From assembly GCA_963803805.1 (NCBI GenBank), contig CAWDOD010000006.1:96001-160000 (forward strand): DNA of 64,000 nt. The letters run 5' to 3'. This document shows positions 1 through 10,041 of this stretch, piece by piece. The translations under genes and the position numbers were made by a program. The first letter of the stretch is position 1. Every line of letters starts with the position of its first letter. This DNA comes from an uncultured cyanobacterium. GTDB lineage: Bacteria > Cyanobacteriota > Cyanobacteriia > Cyanobacteriales > CAWCAG01. The notes under the pieces are model-generated. The model had not been told where the DNA came from. It saw nothing but the letters and a program-made list of their open reading frames with translations, and ran no database searches.

Positions 1-42
1 ACAAGCTATATCACTTTATCACTTCAAAGGTATGTTTTACTT

Positions 43-936
43 TTATATTGATATTACCCATTGCCTAATTAAACTATTAACTTGTTCTGGTACTTCATCG
101 TGGGGGCAATGACCTGCTTGTAAATAATATTCGGTTAAATTAGGATAATATTGGCGGAATGTAGCACTTCTTTCTCGACAGTTCATCCAAGGATCTCCTT
201 CTCCCCATAATATTAATAAAGGACATTGCAACTGTTGTAATAAAACGTCATTCTTTTCCCCTTCGGGAGTTTTAAATACAGAAGCAAAGACATCCACAGC
301 ACCTTGATCTAAGGAAGGACGATAGATTTCTTCTACTAAACGATCTGTTACCGCACTTTTATCTAAATAAACCTTTTCTAGAGTTTTGCGAATAGTTGCA
401 GGGCGTTGTACATATTTAAAAAGTAGATAATTAGCCCAAGGTTGTAGCAAAATAAAACGACTAAACTTGCTAATCAATTCACGGGCAAAGCTCGATTTAG
501 CGGGAATTTTGCTATTAGTAAAAGAACCAGCACTATTGAGTAAAATTAACCCTTGAGCAGATTTAGGACATTGAGATGCGACACACAAAGCGGTATAACC
601 GCCGATGGAATTTCCCACTAAAATAACTGGTTGACCAATAACTTCTTGAATAAAATCATTGAGTTGCTCTCGCCATAAATCTCCAGTGTAAGGAATATCA
701 GGTTTAGCAGAACGTCCAAAACCTAAAAGATCGATTGCCCAGACTGCAAAATCTTCTTTAAGTTCAGTAATATTTTTGCGCCAATGGTCAGTAGAAGCAC
801 CGAAACCATGAATCAATAATAAGGGAGGATAGTTGTTTTTTTGTTTTCCAGCTTTAACATAATAAATAGTATGACCTTGCCATTGCCAATAGTGACCAGG
901 AATTGCGGGGCTTAAGTTACCTTGTTCTGTTTGCAT
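43..936 (-). CDS. Alpha/beta fold hydrolase
   Basis: HGFGAS oxyanion motif, GNSIGG nucleophile elbow, GHCPHDE catalytic His. ATG at 936 preferred over the ORF-track start at 1005. Confidence 0.9.
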   Translation of the reverse strand: MQTEQGNLSPAIPGHYWQWQGHTIYYVKAGKQKNNYPPLLLIHGFGASTDHWRKNITELKEDFAVWAIDLLGFGRSAKPDIPYTGDLWREQLNDFIQEVIGQPVILVGNSIGGYTALCVASQCPKSAQGLILLNSAGSFTNSKIPAKSSFARELISKFSRFILLQPWANYLLFKYVQRPATIRKTLEKVYLDKSAVTDRLVEEIYRPSLDQGAVDVFASVFKTPEGEKNDVLLQQLQCPLLILWGEGDPWMNCRERSATFRQYYPNLTEYYLQAGHCPHDEVPEQVNSLIRQWVISI

Positions 937-1064
937 AATGATAGTTTTGTTAATTAAAGTTAATATTAAGTATTTTATCGCTATTCCTTGGTGAACTTTC
1001 CTCAATATTTTTCAAAATTAAGGTATAAGAAAGCAACGGTATTTATTTGCACCCTCTCCTCCCT

Positions 1065-4000
1065 ATGCGAACTACTAGACAAATTAAGGCGGAGATTGAA
1101 GCTCAACTGGGGCTTTTTCCTCCTTTCTTTGCTCCAGCCCTAGACAATCCAGAAATTTTGGCTAGTTTAAGGCAGCAAACTTTATCTGCTTATGTTGAGA
1201 ATCCTTTACCAGATTTGTTGAAGGAGAAATTTTGTACTTATTTGTCTCGTTATTGTTCTGTTTCTTCTTGTTTGATTTTCCACTGTAGTGTTCTTAATTC
1301 CTTGGGTATGTCTCCCCAAGAGATTCTCCAGTTTATCTTAGAACCTGCTCCCAGTAATTTAGCTACCTTACAAGCCAATTTGCTTCTACTCGAAAAATAT
1401 TCCCCTTCTCAACTCCCTGAAACTAATTCTGAGTGGGAAAGTAGCTTACTACGGGTAGGCATATTTATGTTTCTTTATCCTTACCAAGGTTCAGAATGTG
1501 CCAGTGCTTTGCGTCGCTCTTTAGGAGAAGAGAAGTATCTTCATTTGGTTAACCTTTTTGCTTTTATTAAACTTTGCCATCAATGGGCTAGCAACTATCC
1601 TGAATTAGCTTCAGAGATGAAAAACCATCCTCAAATTAGTTCAGCCCGCCGGCAATTGCTCCAAGAGGAGCCTCAATTAGGAGAGTTTTGGGAGAGTTAT
1701 CAACAAATAGTATTAGAAGAGTTATATCCTACTCAAAATAATACTGAATTAGAACAGCAACTACAACACAGAACAGCCAATCTTGCTGCTGCTAACCAAC
1801 TATTAAGAGAAGAAATTGAACATCGGTTTGATGCCGAAGCTTCCCTGAAAGAGAGTCAAAGAGTTTTAAGCACTCTGATGAGTAACCTTCCTGGTATGGC
1901 TTACCGTTGTCGTAATGATCAAGAATTGACTATGGAGTTTGTCAGTGATGGTTGTTTAGCACTAACAGGCTATCAACCAGAAGATTTTGTTGATCATAAA
2001 ATCAGGTCTTATCAACAAGTAATTCACCCTGAAGATAGAGACTCAATTCAGCGAGAAATACGAGGGGCGATCGCAAGCAAAAAACAATATCAACTTACCT
2101 ATCGCTTAATTACTTTTTCTGGGGAAGAAAAATGGGTTTGGGAACAAGGGCAAGGAGTCTTTACTTCTCAAGGTGAATTGATGAGAGTAGAAGGTTTAAT
2201 TACTGATATTACTGAACGCAAACGGGTAGAGGAAGAATTAAGAACTAATGAGAAAAAATATCGTACCTTAATAGAAATTATGAACGAAGGGCTATCTTTG
2301 AGCAATCAACAAGGAAAGCTCTATTTTGTTAACAGACGTTATTGTGAAATTCTTGGTTACTTTTCAGAAGAATTAATTGGCAAACAGGAAGAAGATTTAT
2401 TAGCTAACCCAGAAGATAGCAACCTCGTTAAGCAGAAAAGACAACAATCACAATTGGGCATCTCACAACAGTACGAAATCCAAGTTAAGCGCAAATCAGG
2501 AACCAAGTTGTGGTGGCTAGTTAGTCGAACCCCCACCAATGATGGCTCCATGGAAATCATCACCGACATTACCCAACGCAAACAAGCAGAAGAGGCCCTA
2601 CAAGAAAGCCAACAACGCCTACATAGTATTCTCGCTTCCTTAGAAGATGTGGTTTGGTCAGCTTCAGCCCAAACTTTCCAACTCCTTTACCTTAACCCTG
2701 CTGCTGAGGAAGTCTACGGTAGGCCTATTGCTGATTTAGTTAACAACGCCAATTTAGGTATAGAGATAGTTTACCAAGAAGATAGACAAGCCGTTAGAAC
2801 CGCTTTGCAATCTTTGCACCAACAAGGCAGCATGAACGTAGAATACAGAATTGTACGTCCCAATGGAGAAATACGTTGGCTTCGTGATCGCACTCATTTG
2901 ATTTATAGCAATGATGGTACTCCAGTGCGAATCGACGGTATCGCCACAGATATTACTGAACACAAGCAAACAGGGCAAGCTTTAAGGGAGGCAGAAGAAA
3001 AGTATCGTAGTATTTTTGAAAATGCTATTGAAGGGATTTTCCGTACCACTCCCGATGGTTTTTATCTTGATGTCAATCCTGCTTTTGCTCGGATGTTAGG
3101 CTATACTTCCCCTCAAGAACTAATGACAACAATTAAAAATATTGGCCGTCAACTTTATGTTAATCCTCAAAAACGAGAGGAATTTATCGCTTTGATGGCG
3201 AAAAATGATTCCATTACCAATTTTGAGTTTGAAGCCTATTGTCGAGATGGTAGTAAAATTTGGATCTCAGAAAATGTTCGCAACGTTAAGGATAGTGAGG
3301 GAAATCTCCTTTATTACGAAGGCACTTTTGAAGATATTACTAACCGCAAAGAGATAGAAGAACAGTTACTACGCAATGCTTTTTATGATCCCCTCACTGG
3401 TATTGCTAATCGTTCTTTATTCCTTGATAGACTACAAAGTAAGCTAATTCATTCTCAACGTAAGGCAGGTACAATCTTTGCTGTACTCTTTATTGATCTA
3501 GACCATTTTAAAGCTGTCAATGATAGTTTAGGGCATTTAGTGGGAGATCAGCTCTTAATCGGTATTAGTCAACGCCTAGAAGCCTGTATCGATAGTAAAG
3601 ATACCGTTGCTCGCTTAAGTGGAGATGAATTCGCCATTCTCTTAGACAAAATCTCTCAAGTAGAAGATGCTACTCAGGTGGCTGATCGTATTCAAAAACA
3701 GTTGAGTTTACCTTTTCATTTACAAGGAAACGAGGTTTTTGCTAGTGCCAGTATTGGTATTGCCCTCAGTCAAAATAGTGCAACAGGTAAGCCCTATAAA
3801 GAACCAAAAGATTTACTCAAAGACGCGGATCGGGCGATGTACCAAGCTAAACACTTAGGCAAAGCTCGTTACGAAATTTTTGATAATTCCATGGAAACAA
3901 ATCTCCTTAGTAGCTTAGAGTTAGAAACAGATTTGCGCAGAGCCATTGATAGGCAGGAGTTACAACTACATTATCAGCCGATTGTTTCTTTGAAATCAGG

Positions 4001-4694
4001 TAAAGTTACTAGCCTGGAAGTTTTAGTGCGCTGGCAACATAGTCAGAGGGGTTTAATTTATCCCCAGGATTTTCTTCCTCTAGCAGAAGATACAGGCTTA
4101 ATTATCAAGATTGATAATTGGGTATTATGGTCAGCTTGTCAACAAATGTATCTTTGGCAACGCCAGGGGTTATTAGATGAACAGGTAACTATTAGCGTTA
4201 ATGTAACAGGCAAACAATTTGCTCAAAAAAACTTTGTCGAAGAGATTGAGCAAGCCCTACAAAGTTCTGGCTTAAAAGCCCATAATTTATGTTTGGAAAT
4301 TACGGAAAGCTTGATTATGGAAAATTTAGAATCTATTACTGCCAAACTTTTTTTGCTACAAAAATTAGGGGTGCAATTATCCATTGATGATTTTGGGACT
4401 GGCTATTCTAGCCTCAGTCGATTGAAGATTTTTCCGATTAATGCTCTTAAAATTGACCGTTCTTTTATCTCTCAATTACAGATAAGCTTGGAAAACAAAG
4501 AAATTGTTAAAACCATTATTAATCTGGGCTTAAATTTAAGTATGAAGGTGATAGCTGAGGGTATAGAAACTGAAGCACAACAGCAGCAATTGAAAGCTTT
4601 AGGTTGCCATTTTGGCCAAGGTTACTTATACTCTCAACCGACCGATAGTGAAGGAATTGCTAATTGGCTACAAAAACAAGGGGCGAGGGTTTGA
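1065..4694 (+). CDS. Multi-PAS diguanylate cyclase/phosphodiesterase (AhpD/CMD-like N-terminus, 4 PAS, GGDEF, EAL)
   Basis: Four PAS/PAC units ending in DIT(E/Q/N)xK; YDPLTGIANR, FIDLDHFK, SGDEF; EVLVRW, IDDFGTGYSSL, AEGIET. Confidence 0.92.
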   Translation: MRTTRQIKAEIEAQLGLFPPFFAPALDNPEILASLRQQTLSAYVENPLPDLLKEKFCTYLSRYCSVSSCLIFHCSVLNSLGMSPQEILQFILEPAPSNLATLQANLLLLEKYSPSQLPETNSEWESSLLRVGIFMFLYPYQGSECASALRRSLGEEKYLHLVNLFAFIKLCHQWASNYPELASEMKNHPQISSARRQLLQEEPQLGEFWESYQQIVLEELYPTQNNTELEQQLQHRTANLAAANQLLREEIEHRFDAEASLKESQRVLSTLMSNLPGMAYRCRNDQELTMEFVSDGCLALTGYQPEDFVDHKIRSYQQVIHPEDRDSIQREIRGAIASKKQYQLTYRLITFSGEEKWVWEQGQGVFTSQGELMRVEGLITDITERKRVEEELRTNEKKYRTLIEIMNEGLSLSNQQGKLYFVNRRYCEILGYFSEELIGKQEEDLLANPEDSNLVKQKRQQSQLGISQQYEIQVKRKSGTKLWWLVSRTPTNDGSMEIITDITQRKQAEEALQESQQRLHSILASLEDVVWSASAQTFQLLYLNPAAEEVYGRPIADLVNNANLGIEIVYQEDRQAVRTALQSLHQQGSMNVEYRIVRPNGEIRWLRDRTHLIYSNDGTPVRIDGIATDITEHKQTGQALREAEEKYRSIFENAIEGIFRTTPDGFYLDVNPAFARMLGYTSPQELMTTIKNIGRQLYVNPQKREEFIALMAKNDSITNFEFEAYCRDGSKIWISENVRNVKDSEGNLLYYEGTFEDITNRKEIEEQLLRNAFYDPLTGIANRSLFLDRLQSKLIHSQRKAGTIFAVLFIDLDHFKAVNDSLGHLVGDQLLIGISQRLEACIDSKDTVARLSGDEFAILLDKISQVEDATQVADRIQKQLSLPFHLQGNEVFASASIGIALSQNSATGKPYKEPKDLLKDADRAMYQAKHLGKARYEIFDNSMETNLLSSLELETDLRRAIDRQELQLHYQPIVSLKSGKVTSLEVLVRWQHSQRGLIYPQDFLPLAEDTGLIIKIDNWVLWSACQQMYLWQRQGLLDEQVTISVNVTGKQFAQKNFVEEIEQALQSSGLKAHNLCLEITESLIMENLESITAKLFLLQKLGVQLSIDDFGTGYSSLSRLKIFPINALKIDRSFISQLQISLENKEIVKTIINLGLNLSMKVIAEGIETEAQQQQLKALGCHFGQGYLYSQPTDSEGIANWLQKQGARV

Positions 4695-4803
4695 TTTATC
4701 TTTTTTTGGCATACTAAAATATTAAGTAACATAAAAGTCAGAATCTTGACTTTTAGTCACCGAGTAATACAGTAACAAAAATAACTACTATAAGGAGAAA
4801 AAA

Positions 4804-5109
4804 GTGTCCACAGAAACTATTGAGAAGCCTTCTACAACAACGGTAGAAAAAAATTCCACAGTTCGCAAACCGGCCCCACGCTATAAAGTATTACTCCATA
4901 ACGATGATTTTAATAGTATGGAACACGTAGTACAAACTCTGATCACAACTGTCGGAGGCATGACTCAGCCCCAAGCCGTAGATATTATGATGGAAGCTCA
5001 TACTAATGGTATAGCTTTGGTCATTACTTGTGCTTTAGAGCCGGCTGAATTTTATTGCGAAACTCTCAAAAATAGTGGCTTAATAAGCACTATTGAACCG
5101 GATGAATAA
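4804..5109 (+). CDS. clpS: ATP-dependent Clp protease adaptor ClpS
   Basis: YKVLLHNDDFNSMEHVV and MMEAHTNG motifs; AGGAG ribosome-binding site upstream of the GTG. Confidence 0.95.
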   Translation: MSTETIEKPSTTTVEKNSTVRKPAPRYKVLLHNDDFNSMEHVVQTLITTVGGMTQPQAVDIMMEAHTNGIALVITCALEPAEFYCETLKNSGLISTIEPDE

Positions 5110-5121
5110 GTGATTGCCTTA

Positions 5122-5174
5122 AAGGTTGCAAAGTTGGTTTTTCTACATCCCTAAAGAAAACAACTTTCAACCTT
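5122..5174. terminator. Long imperfect inverted repeat after clpS
   Basis: aaggttgcaaagttggtttttct ... agaaaacaactttcaacctt. Confidence 0.45.
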
Positions 5175-5285
5175 AAATTGGCGAAAGAAGAAGCCGGAAG
5201 TAAGGAAAAGAGATACTAATTTTTTGTTGTAAAAAACAACTACAGCGATCAACTATTAGCAATTAGTAATTAGCAACTATCAATT

Positions 5286-6113
5286 TTGTCTTTCAAATTA
5301 AACACTATTACCACCTACCCAGCACCAGTTAGGCTCATTCTTTTTCTCTTAACTTTACTAGTAATTTGGCTTCCTCTAGTTATACCTATTTACTTTACTC
5401 TAAACAGCGACCCCAACTTACTTACCATCGTAACAATGGCACTCTTGTTTATAGAATTTATTTTCTTGTTACGTTGGTGGGGGAAAAGGGTTTACCAGCG
5501 ATCGCAAATAATTAAAAGCTATGGTTTAGAGTTTACTAGAAGCAGCAGCATTCGTTTCCTTAAGGGCTTAAGTTTGGGCTTACTTTTAACCCTTAGTTTA
5601 TTTATATTAGAAGGAATATTCGGTTGGCTTAGGTTTAGCAATCCTACAGTATTTTTGTTGCGTATAGTTGCTGAAGGATTTTTAAGTGCTTTGGGAGTTG
5701 CTATAGCTGAAGAATTGGTTTTTCGAGGTTGGCTTTTAGGAGAGTTAGAGCAAGATTATAGCCCCCAACTTTCTCTTTGGCTTAATAGCATTCTCTTTGC
5801 TATCTTGCACTTTATCAAACCAATTCCAGAGGTTATTAGGACTTTCCCTCAATTTCCAGCCTTAATTTTATTGGGTTTAATTTTAGTTTGGGCAAAGCGA
5901 TCCCAAAAGGGCAAGTTAGGTTTGTCTATAGGGATTCATTCAGGTTTAATTTGGGGTTACTACATTATTAATGTTGGGGAATTAATTACCTACACTAATC
6001 AAGTTTCTCCTTGGATTACTGGAGTAGATAAAAACCCTCTCGCTGGGGGAATGGGCCTACTATTTCTAAGCATTCTGGCTTGGTATATCAGGAATAAAAA
6101 AATTAGAGAATAG
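5286..6113 (+). CDS. CPBP (CAAX/Abi) family intramembrane metalloprotease
   Basis: EELVFRG, FAILH and IGIHSG motifs; multiple transmembrane segments. Confidence 0.9.
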   Translation: MSFKLNTITTYPAPVRLILFLLTLLVIWLPLVIPIYFTLNSDPNLLTIVTMALLFIEFIFLLRWWGKRVYQRSQIIKSYGLEFTRSSSIRFLKGLSLGLLLTLSLFILEGIFGWLRFSNPTVFLLRIVAEGFLSALGVAIAEELVFRGWLLGELEQDYSPQLSLWLNSILFAILHFIKPIPEVIRTFPQFPALILLGLILVWAKRSQKGKLGLSIGIHSGLIWGYYIINVGELITYTNQVSPWITGVDKNPLAGGMGLLFLSILAWYIRNKKIRE

Positions 6114-6128
6114 TACTATTCTCTAATT
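6101..6128. terminator. Perfect 28-bp palindrome at the 3' end of the CPBP gene, in a convergent gene pair
   Basis: aattagagaatagtactattctctaatt. Confidence 0.5.
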
Positions 6129-6186
6129 AAGGCAGGTGGGAGATGCCCAGCTTTATTAAATATTCTGTTTCTGCAATTCCTACTTT

Positions 6187-6594
6187 CTAAGATTGGGGAG
6201 GTAGAGAATCTGTAGTTGTTTGACTTGTACCACCAAGATTTAACTGAGGATTTTTTTCGGCGAAATAAGTAAGAATGAAAGTATTAACAAAAGAAAGAAT
6301 AACTGGCCCAAGAACAATCCCTAAGATACCATGAACGGCAAAGCCTGGTACAAACAAAGAAGCTAGCCAAAAACAGATACCATTAACTACTAATGTGAAC
6401 GCACCAAAGCTAACAAAATTAAGGGGAAGGGATAGAGTTGATAATACTGGTTTAACTACAGCGTTAACTGCGCCCAAAGAAGCGGCGGCAATTAATGCTG
6501 CTGCGAAAGTCGCTATATTAACCCCTGGGACTGCCAAATCTACTACTAGTAAACTTAGGGCTGTAGCTAATAAAGTTAGAAAAGCTGCTAACAT
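6187..6594 (-). CDS. Phage holin family (YvlD/DUF360-like) 4-TM membrane protein
   Basis: VNAVVKPVLSTLSLPLNFVSFGAFTLVVNG signature. Confidence 0.85.
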   Translation of the reverse strand: MLAAFLTLLATALSLLVVDLAVPGVNIATFAAALIAAASLGAVNAVVKPVLSTLSLPLNFVSFGAFTLVVNGICFWLASLFVPGFAVHGILGIVLGPVILSFVNTFILTYFAEKNPQLNLGGTSQTTTDSLPPQS

Positions 6595-6885
6595 ATAATT
6601 TTTCCTCAATGAATATTTTTTTATAGGTTACAAACGTAAACAGATAGATTTAAGCTTAACTATCATGCTTTTCGTTGTTTTTTCTATTTATCTTCAATTT
6701 TAATAGCTAAAAAAACAACCTACCTCTCCAAGAAGAAAGATTTTTTTCCTTATTAATCTACTTCTTTCGTGAAATATACCTTTAAGTTTTAAGTTGATAA
6801 AATATTTCTCTAGAAAGAAGTCAATTAAGGTAGTTTAGAAGACAATAAAAGGTAAATGAAAGTTAGGATGAAATAAAATAATCTT

Positions 6886-7083
6886 ATGCCACTAATACTA
6901 CGAATTGTTTTAGGTATTCTTTTACCCCCTTTAGGTGTTTTCCTAACCACAGGAGTTAGTACACCTCTATTTATAAATATCTTATTAACTATACTTGGTT
7001 GGCTTCCCGGTTCTATCCACGCTGTCTGGGTTATTGTTAAGCAGGAAGAAAAAATGGCTCAAGATCCAAAGCCATATACATAA
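6886..7083 (+). CDS. YqaE/Pmp3 family small membrane protein
   Basis: ILLPPLGVFL and INILLTILGWLPGSIHAVW. Confidence 0.92.
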   Translation: MPLILRIVLGILLPPLGVFLTTGVSTPLFINILLTILGWLPGSIHAVWVIVKQEEKMAQDPKPYT

Positions 7084-7096
7084 CCAAAACAGATAC

Positions 7097-7135
7097 TTGA
7101 TATCCTCCCCGCTCTGAAGAGACGGGGATTCCTAA
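7097..7135. mobile_element. IS200/IS605-like end hairpin remnant, with no transposase or TnpB nearby
   Basis: atcctccccgctctgaagagacggggattcc resembles the subterminal hairpins of cyanobacterial IS605-family elements (recognised from memory). Confidence 0.5.
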
Positions 7136-7177
7136 TCTACCCAAACAACAACAGTTGAACAGGTTTGTAGAGAAAAG

Positions 7178-7207
7178 AAGGACAATCTTGAGAAGATTGT
7201 CCTTTTT
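7178..7207. terminator. Bidirectional intrinsic terminator
   Basis: aaggacaatctt-gag-aagattgtcctt followed by a T run, between convergent genes. Confidence 0.7.
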
Positions 7208-7223
7208 AAATTAGGTTGAAAAA

Positions 7224-7997
7224 CTACTTCTTCATCTGATCAGTTTCTGTTTCGGTAACTGAGCGCCAAAGTTCCTTTAAAATAATTTTAAGACGACGCT
7301 CCTTTTGTGCCAAAGCTGTACCTGCTTCTGCTAACTTACTTTCAAACTCGACACTTTTATCTTTCACTTTACCAGTGACTTCTTCAGCTTTAGGCTTGGC
7401 CTTTTCGTACCAACCTTTAGCTTCATCCAAATATTTTTTAACATCCTCATAACGTTCTCCATACCTAGCTGATAAATTAGCCTGTACAATCGCTAACTGA
7501 GCCTTGAGTTGAGCATAACGCTTCTGCATCAAAGCTACTTCTTCAGTATCTTTAACGCTATCAACAGCAAATTCTACAGCAGATTTAACCCCAGAAAGGT
7601 TGTCCTTTCCTGTCTCTTCTACCTCTGCTAAAGCACCATCAATTTCTGATTGCAACTCTTTTTCTTCAGCATCAACTTTTGCTTGTAGTTGTTCAATTTC
7701 TACTTGAGTTTTAGTAATAATTTCTCTTCTTTTGCTACTAACTCCTTCAATTGCCCCTTCTAAAGAAGCTGTGACATCTTCTTTAAGATCTTCTCCTTTG
7801 TCCTGTACATTTTCAATTACTGTAGCTACGGCATCTTTAACAAGAATACGAATCTCGCTTGCCCCTTCTTTAAGTTCAGAAGCAGCTTGAGAAACAGCCA
7901 TTTTGACAATTTCTCGAATACGTTCTGTTCTTAAAGTTCCTTCTTCTTTCGCTTGTTTCAAATCCTTAGTGATTTGGTCTTTAACAGAATTTGACAT
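7224..7997 (-). CDS. Conserved cyanobacterial coiled-coil hypothetical protein
   Basis: 257-aa ORF rich in E/K/A with helical character and no catalytic motifs. Confidence 0.75.
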   Translation of the reverse strand: MSNSVKDQITKDLKQAKEEGTLRTERIREIVKMAVSQAASELKEGASEIRILVKDAVATVIENVQDKGEDLKEDVTASLEGAIEGVSSKRREIITKTQVEIEQLQAKVDAEEKELQSEIDGALAEVEETGKDNLSGVKSAVEFAVDSVKDTEEVALMQKRYAQLKAQLAIVQANLSARYGERYEDVKKYLDEAKGWYEKAKPKAEEVTGKVKDKSVEFESKLAEAGTALAQKERRLKIILKELWRSVTETETDQMKK

Positions 7998-8083
7998 GAT
8001 TATTTCCTATGTAAAAATTTTAACTTTTATGATGGCAAACTAAAAACATCAGCAAAAGTTTCCCGTTTCCTGGGTTTTCTTGT

Positions 8084-9106
8084 TTAATCCGGGGAATCAT
8101 AAACTACAAAAAGGGCATCTTTTTCTCCTAAACAAGAATAAAGAGCTAACCCTTCTGCATGGTCAGAACCAATAGTAAAAGGAAGATTAAATAATAACTC
8201 TAACCTATCTGATTTTTGATGATGAATGCTATCTTCAGTGAGACTTAAAACTTCTTTTAAACGGAAAACTTCCATAACTCCTTCTAAGTCCATTGTCGGT
8301 CCCGCTAAAATAATTAAGTCTTCATTTTTAAAACATAATTCCCTAATCCCTAAACTATTAAGATAAACAAAGTGTTTTTTGTATTTTCTCCCCTCATTCC
8401 CAATTTCTTTAAGGACTAAAGTATCAGCTTCACTCTCTTCAACTTCGATTTCTAAAATAATGGCCCAACCTCTTAAAACTGGCCCTCGCAAACCCAAAAA
8501 TATTTTATCTCCTCGGACAGCCAAACCTTCTATATCCAAACCGTTATCTTTTGAAGGTATAGACGTAGCAATAAAAGGAGCTAAGTGAGGATCTTCTTTG
8601 AGTGCTTCGATGAGTAAGTTGCTATCACCAACCTTTTGCAAAGAAGCGGCTGAAACTTTCTCTTTTGAGTCATCTGATAGGCAATAAGACTTGACTAATT
8701 CGCCACCGATAACGGGGATACGACCTAATAAAAAGCGGTTAATATCCGTTTTAACTTGGGTTAATTTTTGAATATCTTTCTCAGGACTTTTATCTTTAGG
8801 TTTTTTACGTTTGTAACTATGAGAACCGGTAAACCAAAGATAGTCATTGGCATAGTCCATTCCTTCAATATCAATTTCATCCTCTGAGTTAAAAAGGTCA
8901 ATAAAGTCTCCTAAATGGAAATGTTTACCATCGCCATAAATATGAGAACCAATGGCAGAAAGACGTTCAACTCCAAGCAATTCATCTGAACCTACCCATA
9001 AACTACCATCAGGAGTGAAAGCTGCTGCTGATAATTCATCAATCAAGTCCTCATCTTCTTTGTTGAAACGAAGTAAAATACGACTGAGTAAAAATCCTTC
9101 CGGCAT
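8084..9106 (-). CDS. DUF3616-like protein, possibly truncated by a premature TAA
   Basis: EIDIEG, GSHS, DNGLDIEGLAV, LGLRGPVLRG and DHAEGL motifs; the reading frame continues past the stop to 8027. Confidence 0.8.
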   Translation of the reverse strand: MPEGFLLSRILLRFNKEDEDLIDELSAAAFTPDGSLWVGSDELLGVERLSAIGSHIYGDGKHFHLGDFIDLFNSEDEIDIEGMDYANDYLWFTGSHSYKRKKPKDKSPEKDIQKLTQVKTDINRFLLGRIPVIGGELVKSYCLSDDSKEKVSAASLQKVGDSNLLIEALKEDPHLAPFIATSIPSKDNGLDIEGLAVRGDKIFLGLRGPVLRGWAIILEIEVEESEADTLVLKEIGNEGRKYKKHFVYLNSLGIRELCFKNEDLIILAGPTMDLEGVMEVFRLKEVLSLTEDSIHHQKSDRLELLFNLPFTIGSDHAEGLALYSCLGEKDALFVVYDSPD

Positions 9107-9462
9107 AACTTTTGTTAGGTTTGTTAGGTCTGATAGCAATGGTTCTAACTTCAATTGTGAAGAATATTACTCAATTCTGCCTCTACCCTGAAGTAATGAT
9201 TTTTTCAGCCTTGAGAATGAGATTACCAAGCAAAACTGAAGGTTATAGAGGATATCTTATCTATCTTGGGAAGCGGTTGAAGCTAGCTTCTATTTCAGCC
9301 AAATGATATAAATATTCCTAAAACTTAAGTTATTTGGCTGAGAAACATCATTTTTTAAGCAAATACACAGTGAATATCAAAATAAATCGACTATACTAAT
9401 AGAGATTCTACTGAGTCAGCAAATCAGTAACCAAACTTAAGTTAATCTCTAGTATCAAAACT

Positions 9463-9981
9463 ATGAATACTCAAATTAGTTATGCAGTATTTCCGGAGCA
9501 AACAAGTATTCGCGGTATTGTACACAAAGCACTAGACACAGGGTATCTCAGCGTGGAAGCAGAAAATAATTTACGGGAACTCTTAAAACAGAATTACGAG
9601 CAAGAAGACTTTAATGCCTTCTTGAGGTTGCAGCAAGCAGCTATGGAAGGAGGTGTCAAACAAGAGTCCCGTGAATTAACGAAAACCCCTGCTTCTATTT
9701 ACTGTAATGCTTTAGAACCTCTGGTTAGGGAAGAAGTAGAAGAGCAAATCCAGAAGCTACCTGCTAAATTAGCTTTTTATATTAATCCTCATCAAGCCAT
9801 TGCCTATGCTCTCAATCGCTTGCCAGCGTTTTATGCTACTAGTGAAGAGGGTTGGCAGCGACAACAGCAGAAGGCGAAAGAAGAACTTGGTGATAAGATT
9901 CCCCTCGCAGCACGTTGGGGTATAAATGCTGTAATGCAAGATCCTTTGAGAGTTTTTACTCCCCTAAAGCTTTCTTCATAA
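9463..9981 (+). CDS. ComFB-family domain protein with an extra N-terminal domain
   Basis: C-terminal NALEPLV...AIAYALNRLPAFYATSEEGW...DPLR is ComFB-like. Confidence 0.8.
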   Translation: MNTQISYAVFPEQTSIRGIVHKALDTGYLSVEAENNLRELLKQNYEQEDFNAFLRLQQAAMEGGVKQESRELTKTPASIYCNALEPLVREEVEEQIQKLPAKLAFYINPHQAIAYALNRLPAFYATSEEGWQRQQQKAKEELGDKIPLAARWGINAVMQDPLRVFTPLKLSS

Positions 9982-10041
9982 AGGTCGATTCCAAATATCT
10001 AAAAAGGTATTTTCCATAACAACCAAATAGTTTTACCTGAT

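Noticed and set aside
6187-6594. Prophage, suggested by the holin-family gene
   Set aside because: No phage structural, integrase or lysin genes nearby; this family is common in chromosomes.
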